Assembly: GCA_052327205.1 (NCBI GenBank) | Contig: CM126228.1 | Coordinates: 8,618,001 to 8,682,000, forward strand | Reading direction: 5' to 3' | Source: Somniosus microcephalus | Taxonomy: Eukaryota | Length of the DNA: 64,000 nucleotides | Shown here: one piece after another, positions 12,713-25,507 of the stretch | How positions within the stretch are numbered: the stretch's first letter is position 1 | How the letters are laid out: every line of letters begins with the position of its first letter | Notes under the pieces: model-generated | What the model was told of the DNA's origin: nothing | Database searches by the model: none | The model's input: the letters and a program-made list of their open reading frames with translations, nothing else | Program-made: the position numbers and the translations under genes

Positions 12713-14991
12713 ATATGGCTCAACATGACTAGCAGAAAATTTCTTTGGAGAGATTGAGATTCTGCAACTAGAATTTGAGTTTAGGAGTATTTGTCTAATA
12801 TTTTATCCGCCCCATCCAGTCAGGCTTAAACACTCACTTTTTCACTAGTCCCGATACAATTAACAAAATAGCGCTTGTGTTGTCCATTGTGTCTGCAGGA
12901 AATTGGAAGTTTGAGCATGAGCCAGACTTGTGGTTTTTGGTGTCTTTCCTTTTCTGTTACTGCCAGGATCTTGATGAAAAATGAAGCTGTTACAATATAT
13001 TTGGAAAATGTAGGTGTTGACTGAAATGCTAACTGAAAAAGCAAAAACATCATGACCTTTCTTTTTCATCTTCAGTAAATCACTGAAATTGGAACTAGTG
13101 CATCTCCTGAGGCACTTCTCGTGGGTCCAAGGCTGAGATGGGTTGTACTCCCTCACAGCCTTTCTCTACTCAAGACGGTCGTTCTGTCTGTCCAGGTGCG
13201 CTGTTGTGCCACTTTGTCTATCGCAGTCTCTTCGTAAAGATACAAATGTTTAAAAATGATCATTGTTTTGGTGCATCACAGCTAGGTCAGTGATGTCGCA
13301 GCAGGACAGTCATGTTGCAGCAACTGCAGTTTCCCCAGAGACACTCACTGGCATACTGGCTGCAAATAGGGATTTCTGACAAAGCAAAGAAGAGGGTACA
13401 ACATTAAACACTGAAGTTCATTATGGTCTTGAGTCTGACAGGTAATCCGCTTTGGATTTATGAACATTTGTGCAGGTTGTTGCATCATAAACTTGGTGAA
13501 TGCCTGACTCACCTGAAATCCACCTAGACTGTCAGTTGGTGCAGAGCCCTGACAGACATTGAACAATGGGAACGATTACAATTGGCTATTGGATTGCAAG
13601 AAAGCAGCAATGGCAAATAATCTTTCTCAAAAGTAGTACCACATTTAAAAAATGTGTGTATATATACATAATAAATTTAAAAGTAATGCTGAATCCATGT
13701 TTTTTATGCTAATTATATTCTGGCCTTGAGTGTACTTTAAGGCTTATGATGCTAAAAATCACTCTGGAAATTGAATTTGTTTTGGCAGCCAAAATCAATT
13801 TGTGCACAGAGTGCGTCATATAGTTTGAAGCTTGTTCATCGTAACACAACAAACAGACTAATGGCCAATGTTGGGTATAACTTGTTATGCAGCTTTCATA
13901 ACTGATAACCACTACAAGGTGCACACATTTCTGTTCGTATAAAAGTTGTTCCGCTAGATCTGTGATGGTGGCAGATATGTTGAACATGCAGAGATGCTGC
14001 TGATTTATCGTATATCCACTTTAAAGGTAGTTCACCATTGTATTGTGCCTTCCTGTTGCCTGTCATTTTACCTGTGAAAAAGTAACCACAATTGGTGGTG
14101 TGACGGCACTGATGATTCCATGATGTATTTATCCTGTTTAGTTAAACTGCAGCTTTTCAATTGTACGTTTAGGTAAACCTGCAGATGCTTGCTGCTGTTG
14201 CACACCTGGAATGCACACTTTGTTACAAAACCGCAGTTACAAGTTGCAGTTTATTTAAAAGATTTCTTTTTCAAAAATCAGTTAACGGGAATAGTTTGGA
14301 AAGGAAAAGCAGCAAAAAGTAGAATCTTACTCTACTGCATAAACTACAAATAGGATCGTTTTTCCTAATCTAAAAAGAGAAATCTGTATTGAATCTTGCA
14401 TCCAAAATTATATCCTGTAGCAGTTTAATCTGGCAAACTTGTAAAATTTGATCATGCAGTTGGGTAATTTCTATGCTGATATCCAATTATAACCAAGATT
14501 CCAATGTTAATATTTGAATTGAAACAGAGAGGCTATCCGATAATGTGCTGATGCAAGCGAAGTGAGGATATGGTTGGGTTGGTATTCTGGAAGAGGGGTC
14601 AAATTGGCCAATGGCCTTCCTTCATCCGTGATGAAGACCCTAAGTATTTATATCTGTAAATATCTTGTGAAGTGTACTGTAACTGTAAAACCCAAGAAAG
14701 ACTAAACTTTGAATTCAATTTTGAAAAATCTTTACTTAAACGAGGTCGCTTGCTGCTGCAGATTAGGCTTGCTTTAGGGTATTGGATGCTACTTAATGCA
14801 TCAACCCTTGCTTGGACTGGGTACTCATTTGAAATCTTGAATTGATTTGTGATGGGATGCATGAGGTGTAATTTTTTTTTTGTAGTACAGACCCCCGTGG
14901 ATGTAAGAACATTGCATTAATCCATCAAGAGACCGAGCATTTTCCTATTAATGATTTTCTCTTTTCCTTTTTTCCCCTCCCTCCTTTAAAG

Positions 14992-15442
14992 CAAATGGTT
15001 ATGAGCCTTAGAGTGTCGGAGCTCCAAGTGTTATTGGGCTATGCTGGACGGAACAAACACGGTCGTAAACACGAACTCCTGACAAAGGCACTGCATTTGT
15101 TGAAAGCTGGCTGCAGCCCAGCTGTTCAGATGAAAATTAAGGAACTATATAGGCGGAGATTCCCACAGAAGATTGTGACCCCCACCGACCTGACCCTTTC
15201 TTCTGTCCATACAACATCCGCTTCCATGACTACGCCACTGTCGCCATCTGCTATCCCGCAGCTCTCCTATGATGGGCATGCAACAACATCTCCGCTGCTT
15301 GCTGTTTCTCTGTTGGGACCTAAACACGAACTAGACCTGCCACACCTGACGTCATCGCTCCATCCTGTCCACCCGGATGTAAAACTGCAGAAACTGCCCT
15401 TTTATGACATTCTTGATGAGCTGATCAAACCAACTAGTCTAG
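14992..15442 (+). CDS. PIAS1: PIAS1 coding exon (human exon 2 equivalent): SAP domain with LxxLL (LQVLL) and start of PINIT
   Basis: Long polypyrimidine tract + AG at 14990-14991; reads QMVMSLRVSELQVLLGYAGRNKHGRKHELLTKALHLLKAGCSPAVQMKIKELYRRRFPQK...KLPFYDILDELIKPTSL, then G|GTAAG. 451 nt, phase 0 to 1. Confidence 0.97.
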
Positions 15443-18400
15443 GTAAGAAAAAAATACCCAAAATAGGCTTGTTCTGTTGGCATTGCTGTAACCTTAGTGG
15501 TGAAAATAAAAAACACAATTTAATAAACACATTTTATTCTATTTGTGAATACTTTTTAGGTTTACCTAAATTTAGGTTATATCTATCATGCCTTGCTTTA
15601 TAAATGGCTGAAATGAAATTCCTTGAAATCGTAAATGTCAGATTTCTTTTGAATCTCTATTTTAAGATGCGAGTGAGTGGTGTTCATAATCTTTCTGCCT
15701 TTTACTCACCAATGGTTTCTCCAACATCAATTGCATGTTGAAGGAAGTGATGAATTTAATTCTACATCTACACTTTCATGTTCACACCAAGAACAATTAC
15801 CAATTTTGAGACCTATTTTAATGCTAATTTTTCTTTTATCATGCTAATTGCACATTGAATTGAATTCATTTGGCTGTTTGGAGAAGAACCGTGACACGAT
15901 GCTTTTGCAACCTGGGAGCTGGGTCTGCAACTTCCATTTTCTTTGGACTCTTCACATTGTGCTTTGAAGAGTGCTCTGACTCTTGCAGAAAGAATGGAAC
16001 AGTGTTATACGGGACAATATCGGAAGCCATGGCTTTTGTTCAGATGTTTTTGGGGGGTGGGTGGGCAGTGGTTAAAGGAGGAGGATTTTCGATGCATCAG
16101 TCAATCTGACTCGGTAAGCTTACCATGACCGCGATAGGCCCTCCTATCTGCAGCCACTCCCAAACAAAACTCATCAATTTTTGTCCTTCAGCTCAAAGGG
16201 AGATGGTTTGGATTCAACGGTTGCAAGCAACTAAAGTTTTAGGAACTAATATGTTAGCCTGTCATTCATTCCCAGGTCTCGTTTGATCTTCAGTTGGCGA
16301 GATGACTTTTCAGTCCCATGTAGTTGGGCAATGTTTGCCTTTCACAATTTTGTAACTTGCTTACACAATATTTTGTAATACTTGAGCAATTAGAAATGTT
16401 TACACAAACTTGCTTTTGGGTTAAGTGTGCAGTTGTGTTCTTTATAAAGGTATGATCAAATAAAAATTGAATAATTCATTGGCCTCTGGCTATCTAACAT
16501 TTAGTAGCCATTCTAGCTCCTTTGTTATACCAGAATATTGGAAGATTCCCATGTCTAGTTTCCACTTGCCTAATTTTAGTCATTGTTTCAATGTTGTTTA
16601 TTCTGTCTTCCTCATTGATGCCCAACAACCCCACATTGTAAAATTATCCAGTCTCCTCCTGTGCCTTTATTAGGGTTGACTGGACACTGGCCTCTTGTGC
16701 ATACTGGTATGTGAAAACTAATGTACTTTTTTTTTGTAGTCATGACCATCGCAAGTGTTTCATTATAAAATTAGAAAATATGGAACCAAATGTTGACCGT
16801 TTTCTTGGGGGCACTTTTCCTACTTCTATACTTCTCTCTTCTGTTTCCTGCCCCCAGCCACAAACCCTCTTCCAAAACTAGCTTGCTAAGAGTTGAAGTT
16901 CCTGGTTTTTACACTTCATTCTATCCTCCTTCTCCACACCCCCCCCCTTTCCCACTTATCACAACAATTGAGTCTTGATCAGTTTTTTTTTTAACATTGG
17001 TATCTTTAGCTATCGAGTAATGTAAATTAACCATTGCTATATTTAGTCACTTGTTACTTTCCACTGCAGTTTAGGAATGCAGCTCCCGTGCCTTGAGAGT
17101 GCTATCTATGTTTAACTGTGCAATATCGATGGTACTTCAAAGTTTACTAGAAACGGGCGCTTTAGTAGATGTGTTTACATTTTTTCGAACTACATAAACC
17201 TTTGCATTAGTCCAAACCAATTAGAATGTACTGACTGCAGTTGGAGTCTTGTATGAAATTGTTGGTCCTGTAGTGCAGCGCTTGTAATCTTGGCTATACC
17301 AATTGTGTACTTTGTGTTTTATTTGGGGAGAGGACATTTTTGATTTTGTGAATTAAAAATGAGTTTTTTCCACTACAGTTTTTGATATTTTCAGTTTTAT
17401 AATGTATAGAAACACCTGCCTCAGGTTTCAAGTGTAACCAAGTGCCTCCTTGCTGCATTTTATTCATTTGCAGTCCGATTTTGAGATGGAACAGAAGTCA
17501 CAAATGCACTTCAAGGACTTTGTTCTCTGGGAACATGGCACTGCTGATTACGATGAGTCTTAAGAGTTAAGATAGTAAACGCCCGAGTTATTTATAGCGG
17601 ACGGGTAGATTGCGAAGTATGTTGCTATCAGCAGTAACCTGAAACTCTGTCTCCATATTTCGGCATGGAATCCTGCCAGCTTGTTCACTGGAAACATACA
17701 GCACTTGAAGAAACCACTTCGATATTTACAACAGCTACCTATCGAAATAGGATTTTGAGTTCTTGCAGGCCATCTTCATATCAACGGTTTTTGTTCGTGT
17801 GAAAGCATAACAAAGTTTAAAAAAAAGTGTTGGATTATAGCTTTCAAGTTAGATATGCCTATTTTGGATTCCAAAGGTAGGGTTTCCTTTCTCCACCTAC
17901 CCCACCCCCAACCAATATATTCCTCCTCCAAAGGTGATGACATACGGGGCTAAAGGTAAATGGACACTGGTTGCCCTTCGGTACCTCAATGGCTATTCTC
18001 CATGTGAAGTTCCACGCAATGAATGTCAGCAGGTTGTTTGACTATGGCTGAATAGCTTACGCCTGTTCCTGTTCCTATGGGAGGAGTGGTGGGGTGAAGC
18101 GATTTAAAAAGGGAGAAAATAGGATTTTTTAATTCACATTTTGGTGATTTTTAAACTGAAGCTAAATCCGTTCACACAAACTCTGTTATTTAATCCTCCT
18201 CACTTATGGGCTACAGATGGTTTCCCACAGAAATGTATTTTGATACGTGTAACTTGTCCAGGATGGGCAGTAATAAGTTGGCCTCCACTGTAGCTTAAAG
18301 ACTTTCTGGTGTCTTGGAAACGAGGTTTGGTTACAGTGTACTCCACCCTGTAAAGGAAACGCTTAGCACTTTGCCCTAATTTTCTTTTGAAACAGACCAC

Positions 18401-18627
18401 AAAATCTTTATATAGGTGCTGTTTGCTTTTTTTATTGTGTAAGAAAGATACAATGCTGACGTTGTATTGGTTTGTTTGAAGAAATGGCCCTCTTGGTAAC
18501 GACTCGTTCATGCTTATGGAGAGTGCAGATATTTTTTATTTGAATTCTCATAAGGGCTGACATACATATTTTATGAAGCGATTGTTCGATGCTTGCATTG
18601 ATACATCCAGGGTTCTTGGCATTACTA

Positions 18628-18757
18628 CGATAGCAAAATACTGCAGATGTTGGAAATCCGAAATAACAACAGAAAATGCTGGAAAAACTCAGCAAGTCAG
18701 GCAACATCCGTGGAGAGAAATTTGAGTTGACGTTTCGGGTTTGACCCTTCTTCAAAA
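18628..18757 (-). mobile_element. Short Penelope-derived unit with hammerhead motif (18725-18759)
   Basis: Matches 42150-42247 over about 98 nt; 13-bp TSD CTTGGCATTACTA (18615-18627, 18758-18770). Confidence 0.88.
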
Positions 18758-19898
18758 CTTGGCATTACTATTTGACTTGGGAGCATTGTGAGATAGCTGG
18801 TTTGGTCTTGGTTTCTGGGAATGAGGGGACAGAGGAAGTTCTGCATACTCGTGTTTATGTTGGTTGGCACTGTTGCCATATTGATTTCTTGAGGATCGTG
18901 GGGGCAAGGGTCTGATTCTCCTCCGGCTGTTGTGTGGCATAAGTCGAGGTTATATAAGTTTAAAAAGTAGGAAATTAAGTCGTCAGATGGAATAATTTTT
19001 ACCCAAAGGATAAGCAAAATTGTAGAATGTTACCAGGAAAGATTTTTAAACAGATTTTTAAAAAGTTTGAGATAATTGGATCTATTTCTGGAGAGAGTTA
19101 GGAATGAAGAATAGGATGGGTAGGTGGTGGTAGTGGTCTATGAAAAGGTACAGCTTGTTTGGGCTTGATGGTCTCTTCCTGTGCATCAATGTGAACTAAC
19201 AAAATAGGGTACACCTTGCATGGAGAATGCTGTAAAGTCATGATTGTTCTCCGTAAGTAAGCCTAAAGGGCAGTATAGAAATGAGCTTTGATCGACTCTG
19301 CCTGCTTTTTTTTTTACATGAGCTATTTTATATCCTTGGATTGAAGTGCCAAATGTGAGGGGCATTCGCTTTATTTGTTGCATGCTTACTTGGGCAATAA
19401 ATCTTTACTGAATAATATCAATGGCCAATAGAATAAAGAGCATATAGCTCCTCTAATGGTTTTGTGGAAAAATACATCTCCCAGGTGTGGTTTTCCGTGT
19501 GACTCTATGAAGCACCGTGGCACAATTTTCCACATTTGCCATTGGTGCCTCTGATAGGTTGGGAATATGAGTCAAGGTTCACATTTCTGGTCACTATATA
19601 GCAACAGCTAAAGGAACGTGCACGTATGGATGTTGGGTGAGGGCAGGATCACACCTAACTGTGATGCTTCCTCGGTCAAATAGTCTGATGTTCATTGTCT
19701 TGAATCCCACATGAAGAATGGCAGATTGTCGAAGGTACTGGCGAGTTGCTGGTGGAATTCCATCCCAGCAAGTATTGGTGCCTCTGAAAGAGGAGTGGAA
19801 CAATTGGCAGGAAGCGGTTTGGAACAAACTGCCTGTGGGTGTGACAAAGCAGAGTAAAGTGATAAAACTGATTCCAGTTAATATTTTTTTTTAAGGAC

Positions 19899-20108
19899 GT
19901 GACTGCTGCCAATGAACTGGAAGCGTTCTGCGCATGTGCACTGCCGGTTCGTCACTGGAGCGGGTTTGTTAAAAATGTTTTTTTAAAGCTGGGAAGAGAG
20001 CCGGCTTGTTAGTGTCATCGTTTTTAAAAAAGCAGAAACGTCATGCTTCCGGTTGTTGGAGAGCGCAGTATGCTTCTGCGCAGCTTCCAGTTCGTTGGCA
20101 GCAGTCAC
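19899..20108. mobile_element. Small fold-back MITE, unclassified
   Basis: 26-bp inverted repeats GTGACTGCTGCCAATGAACTGGAAGC / GCTTCCAGTTCGTTGGCAGCAGTCAC (1 mismatch); TTAA close to both ends. Confidence 0.7.
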
Positions 20109-20215
20109 TCTATCTTTTTAAACAGTGGCAGATATAACCGAACCTTGAGTATGCAGTAGTTACTTCTGACAACATAGACTCCAGTTTCTGGGCTATAGTG
20201 GCAAATCGAGCCCAT

Positions 20216-21418
20216 GGGCCGGATTTTGCTCTGTGGCGAACGGATGTCACCAACCCTTCATTACACTTACACTTGCCCATAGACTTTCTATGGGATTTTG
20301 CACTGGAACTTACTGTAAATTAGAGACAATAAGTGTAGTGCCCTCCACAGACATCTAGGACCTATGTGAATAGGGCAAGCAACTATGTATCTCCTTAACT
20401 CACCAGACTGAAGAATCGTTAATGAGCAACACAGAGACTGAACCAGGAAGTGGCAGTTAGCATATCTGGTTCAGAAAGCAAAATAAAGAGCGGGAAAGAA
20501 AGATACAGGAAACTTTGTGCTATCCGGCACCCACGGGACCGAGCTGCTGCCGTTGCCTCAAAACTTCCGGATAGACCAGAGTCAATGTTATCAGATAGGA
20601 GCTTTTCATCTCCGTATCTGACAACAAAGACTGTTGCTTAGCAACAGCTTGTCAACACTCGGCCCGTGGCTTGGAAGCGTCTCTGAAGCTGTTGCTAAGA
20701 TACAGAGACACCTTCCAGAGCCTGCCGTATCTGACCACAAACACTGTTGCTCAGCAACAGCTTGTAAACACTCGGCCCAGTAGCTTGGAAGCGTCTCTGA
20801 AGCTGTTGCTAAGCTACAAAGACGCTTTCCAGAGCCTGCCTGTGAAAAGAATGCTAGGAGAAGAAAAAAAACCTAACCAAAACGGCTGCTGATTTCTGCC
20901 GTTAGATTGAAGCTGCCAGACATTCAACCTCCGGATAGCACAAAGTTTCCTGTACAAAGATATCAGAGAGCGACAAAAGAGACAGAAGGAAAAAGTATAT
21001 TTTTTATTTAAATGTTTTTAGTTTTTAAAATCACCAACAATAATTAAAATCTGAAGGAATGAGACTCCACACTTGTAAAAGTTAATTTTCAGTACCAGAG
21101 AGGTTGTTTGGCAGTAATTAAGACTTACCACGCCGTTAAAAGGGCACTTACACTGGAATGGACAAGCCCTAACTTTTTCTGACGAGTTTAATTCCTATCT
21201 CTCAGTTAAGTACAGCAGCTTCACGCCGTTCAATGTATTTGAACAGTGAGTCAGTGGGCGGGGTACCATTTATAGCAGATCTTTGGAGGAGCAGGGCATC
21301 TTGGACAGCAGATTACGGAATTCTGTGTTTAGCTGCGCATGTGCGGTTGCTGGAAGTTGCTGTCCGAATTCCATGTAAATAACGGTGAGCACATTATTTC
21401 TACTGCAGAATCCGGCCC
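20216..21418. mobile_element. Non-autonomous DNA transposon, PIF/Harbinger-like (hosts the Tigger-like MITE)
   Basis: Termini GGGCCGGATTTTGC / GCAGAATCCGGCCC; AT-rich centre; TSD not clean. Confidence 0.65.
20506..20952. mobile_element. Tigger-like MITE with an internal ~113-bp tandem duplication
   Basis: Perfect 22-bp TIRs CAGGAAACTTTGTGCTATCCGG and TA TSD; repeat units start at 20612 and 20725. Confidence 0.92.
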
Positions 21419-22739
21419 AGTATATCTATTTTTGTTGTCCTGTTTACAGTAATTGCATTATCCCAGAACACTGAAAATGCAATTATTTTTGTTATGTTTC
21501 TAATTTAGCAGAAAATTTAGATGAACCGATATGGGAGGGAAATTATCTTTAGCCTAATTTTCAGTAGGCTCTTGTTACAAGAATATGATGTGCTAGTAAG
21601 AATTTTAGATTGATCAGAAAAATCTAGAGGTGCATGTGGGTATCTAAAAATGTAGCACCAGTTTGAATTGTGCTTATTGAGCTGAGGGATGTCTGTGCTG
21701 GGGAATGGAATGCTTTCTCATTGTTGACACTAAAAGCCAGTATCAAGTTAGTTTTGGAATGGCTATGTGTAGAGCAAAGCATCTTCTCCTCCCTAATAAC
21801 CCACTGCTCCACCAGTGTGCATTTTTCCGTTTCCTATACCAGCCATCCAGCGGCTTCTCTGAAATTGACAGTTAGTGGTGACGTGCGATTGTTTTGTGCT
21901 ATGGACCTTTGGCTACTTGGAACTGTGGTTGAGCTGTCCAAAATAATTTCTCGTAGGAGCCTTACAGAAGCAGGGAAAGGTCTCGGACATGATGGGGGCA
22001 GTGTGTTATACACTATGTGCCATCCCCTCCCAAAATATGTAATCGTATATTGTTTTGTACTGAATTTAATTTCCATCTAGGACTTTTCCTAATGAGTTGT
22101 GGAGTCCGTCTCCCTCTGGGAATCCGAAGCTGCAGTGTTCTTTGTGTTATGCCATATTTGTGAAACAATAAATTGCTTCGCAGGTTGCTTATTTTCTTTG
22201 GCAAGGGACTAGAAGTACGGGTTATGCAGTAAAAATGTTAAGCTTGCAAATTAAAATGCTAGTTGAGTTTACTTGAATTTGTTTTGTTTTCTTACAGTAA
22301 ATTTCAATAATTCACAGGTTGAAGGATGTACTAAACACAAACACAGAAAATGCTGGAAATATTTTTCTGGAACTGTCGGCATGTGAAAAGATAAAATTGA
22401 TTAATTTTTGGGACCCTTCAACAGAATTACTAGAAACTTATATTGTTTTTATTACCTGTTAGATACAACAGTATAACTAAGGAGAAAACTGTAATGCAAG
22501 GCTATATATATTCATTGTATTGTATATTTGTTCAAGTACACTGGTTATTATTTAAGTCTTAAACACAAACTCAATTTACAACTTGATTAGGAATGCCAGT
22601 AATTTTTATAAATGGTAAAATCAGACTTTATCACAGTTTTAAGAATCTAGATGAAAATCCTAATAGTTTTGAAATTCTATAATATGCCAAGGTTTGAGAT
22701 TTTGATGATTATTCTCACCAGCATACTTTTGAATTACAG

Positions 22740-23220
22740 CGCACAATTCAGCTCATTGTGCCTGTACAGCTGCTAGTTCAACTGGAGATGCCTACACTAA
22801 TTCCATTTCTCTGCTCTTTCCCTGTGTTCTTCCTTTCCAAATACTTATCCAATTTAAATGATATAGTTTCTGCCACAATAGCCATTTGTGGTAAAGTGTT
22901 CCATGTCCTAATAACGTTCTGTGTGGATAAACTTCTAAGTTACCACTTCATTCTTCCAGTAGTCATCCTGGGTTTGCAGATTTGCCACTGTGAAACAACC
23001 TTTCACTATTTATCCTCTCAAAACCGTTCATAATTTTGACAACCTTTCTTGGAGCCCTTTCTAACCATCTCTGTTCTATTGGAAACAAAAGCTTCAGTTT
23101 TTCAAGTCTTCATAACTATAAATGTTAATTCTTGGCATTATTGTAGTGAATCTTTCCGTGGCTCTAACATCCTTCCTATAATTGAGTGCCCAGAACTCTA
23201 CACACCATGGCTTACTGAGT
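22740..23220 (-). mobile_element. Very degenerate CR1 3' fragment
   Basis: Residual motifs (gtgttccatgtcctaataac, gtgcccagaactctacac); a similar remnant lies at ~29020-29530. Confidence 0.55.
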
Positions 23221-23664
23221 GATGGGTAATAATCCAAAGCCATCAAAGTCCATTGGTGACCTTCTGATGCCCTAGCACGTGCCATCGCTCAAACATTAAT
23301 GATATTCTTGCTCCTGTGAGTGAGAGGTTGCCTGTGTTACTGCACCTGTGTTCAGCTTCTGGTATGTGTTCTAGTTACAGTGTAAGTGTTTGAATAGATG
23401 TTGAGCCCTGTCTTTAGTATTTGCTTTAGTTGTGAGAGGGCCTTTTCTATTTAACTGGCATGACTGGTGCCTGCCATTCTCTTGCAACTTCACAAATTGT
23501 GCCTAAAATTTCAAGCAGGGTCAAACATTAGCTTCAGGAACCTGTATAGAAATCTTAGACTGTCTATAAGAGTGATTGCTGCTTGATGTGATTGTAATAA
23601 TACTTGCTGTAAATTCCCTTCACGTTTCTATTCCTTCCCCCATCAGAAACTTTTTGTAGCAATG

Positions 23665-24055
23665 AGCTTGCTATAGTTAGCAGCACTTTTGTCTCGGAGA
23701 TAGAAGATTGTGGGTTCAAATTCCATTTTAGCACTTTAAGGTATAAACTAGGCTGGCACTCCATGCAGTACTGAAGAAGTGCTGCATCATCTGAGGTTCT
23801 GTCCTTTAGATGAGACACTAAATCAAGGCCATGTGCCCATGATGTAGGTAGATGTTACAGGTTGCATGACACTACGAAGAGGAGCAGGCAATTGTACTGA
23901 TGTCCTGGCCCACTGTCAAAAGCAGATTAACTGGTTATTTCTCCCATTGTTTGCAAAATGACTTCTATATATTTCCATGTAACTACAATCCAAATAGATT
24001 AATCGTGTGAAACTGAGACATGATGGGCACGTTATATTTTTTATAAATGCGGGTC
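23665..24055 (+). mobile_element. Degenerate SacSINE1/DeuSINE-type copy
   Basis: Colinear with 48474-48945. Confidence 0.7.
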
Positions 24056-24815
24056 TCTTTAGCTGAGGAAATGGGTGTTCTCTTTTCAGGTGTCTGTCGG
24101 GGAACTCCTGGCAATCCATTGGTTGTGCAAGAGTCACTGGGAGGAACTGTCCTCTTGTTTCTTTCCCCTGGGAGGAAGTGTTTGACTGCTGTTCAGTACT
24201 TTCCTACAGGACAATGCTCAGATTGGCAACTTGAACAGGGGGAAGGGGGTTACATCAGCATTACGCTTAAATCTCCACTATTCCAAACGCAAGATAGCAA
24301 ACAAAAATCAGGATGGTGGAAGACGACAATCATTGGGATTGAAATTCGGTAATCATAAGTAAATTCTGCATTATAGACTTTTTTTTAAACGTGTACTTTA
24401 CAATAAAGAAAAGTTGTAGGGATATTCTGTACTTTTCTCCCCTTCTCCTGAGGGAGTCATCCTTGTTTGGGAACAATGCCAGAAGCTGTAAACCCTCACT
24501 TACCTTTTGAAGTTGCAGCTCTCCGTGAATGAACCTGGATACTGCACGTCTTGGGGCTGTTTAACCATTTGAGGGAAAAGGGACCTCAACTAAACCCAAT
24601 CATGTCCTTTCCCCACATCAGTACTTTTCAACAGGCTTCAGTGTGTGCCATTCATGTGGGACTAACTCCATATATCGGGGCTAGAAGCGGTGAGATTTTT
24701 GGTTTGTGTGGCTCAGTGCCCCTTCGAACCGTGCATTTTCCCACTGTAATATTTGAGAAGCCCGAGTGGAACGATCCTTTAGTTGATCAAAATTGTGGTT
24801 GCCACGCTGACTTAT

Positions 24816-25507
24816 GGGCCCGTATTTTCCAGTGCCTATGGGTGCATAGGCGCCCATAAGGGCCCCGCAAGTTCCAGGGTTTTGCGTATGAAGCGCATGT
24901 GTGAAAACCAGGAACTTGCAACCTGTCAAGAATCTTTTGACAGATGATCTGCATCCCCGGGCTATTTGCCCAACTACTGCCCAGCGCATGCCTATGAAAT
25001 TCTTATGCCTGGTAAAAGCAGGTGTAAGGCCTGCTTTTACCAGCGTAAGAGTTTAAATGAATATTAAAATATTTTTTTCCCAATTATTTAAACATTAAAA
25101 CACCTGTAGAATAAGTTAGTTATTTTTAGCCCCTTTAAAACATTTAAATTTATTTTTCAAAAAATTAAATTTTTGTTTTAAATGTTTAACTAAATTGTAT
25201 TTTTGTTAATTGTAAATTTTTTTAAAATTTATTTGGTATGTAAATGTATTTTTTTATGCGATCCCCATTCATGCTTCTGGGGATTCCATACGGGATCCCC
25301 CTTTCATTGGTTGGGCCGGCCCACGTGATCCCAGGGGTGCTTGCGAACCACCTGTGCCCCTGGGGTACGTGGGTCTCTACACATGCCTACGCGTAGAGGC
25401 CCAGGAGTGCGAGTCTCCATGGATCCAGGACCATCAGTAGGTGCATAGATTTATTGCTGTTTGGAGCCATCCGCCTGCGGAAAGCCTCCGACTGCAAATT
25501 CGGGCCC
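24816..25507. mobile_element. Non-autonomous DNA transposon, PIF/Harbinger-like
   Basis: Termini GGGCCCGTATTTTCCAGT / ACTGCAAATTCGGGCCC; GC-rich arms with small palindromes around a very AT-rich core. Confidence 0.65.

Noticed and set aside
14100-14200. Possible box C/D snoRNA (TGATGA)
   Set aside because: No suitably placed D box or terminal stem found.
1-14991. PIAS1 exon 1 and promoter
   Set aside because: No MADSAELK-coding segment or CpG island seen; they probably lie upstream of the window.
15443-15603. Read-through of the exon 2 ORF giving a 202-aa SAP-only isoform
   Set aside because: Strong GTAAG donor at 15443; the extension is AT-rich and not protein-like, and the nearby AATAAA motifs lie before the stop codon.
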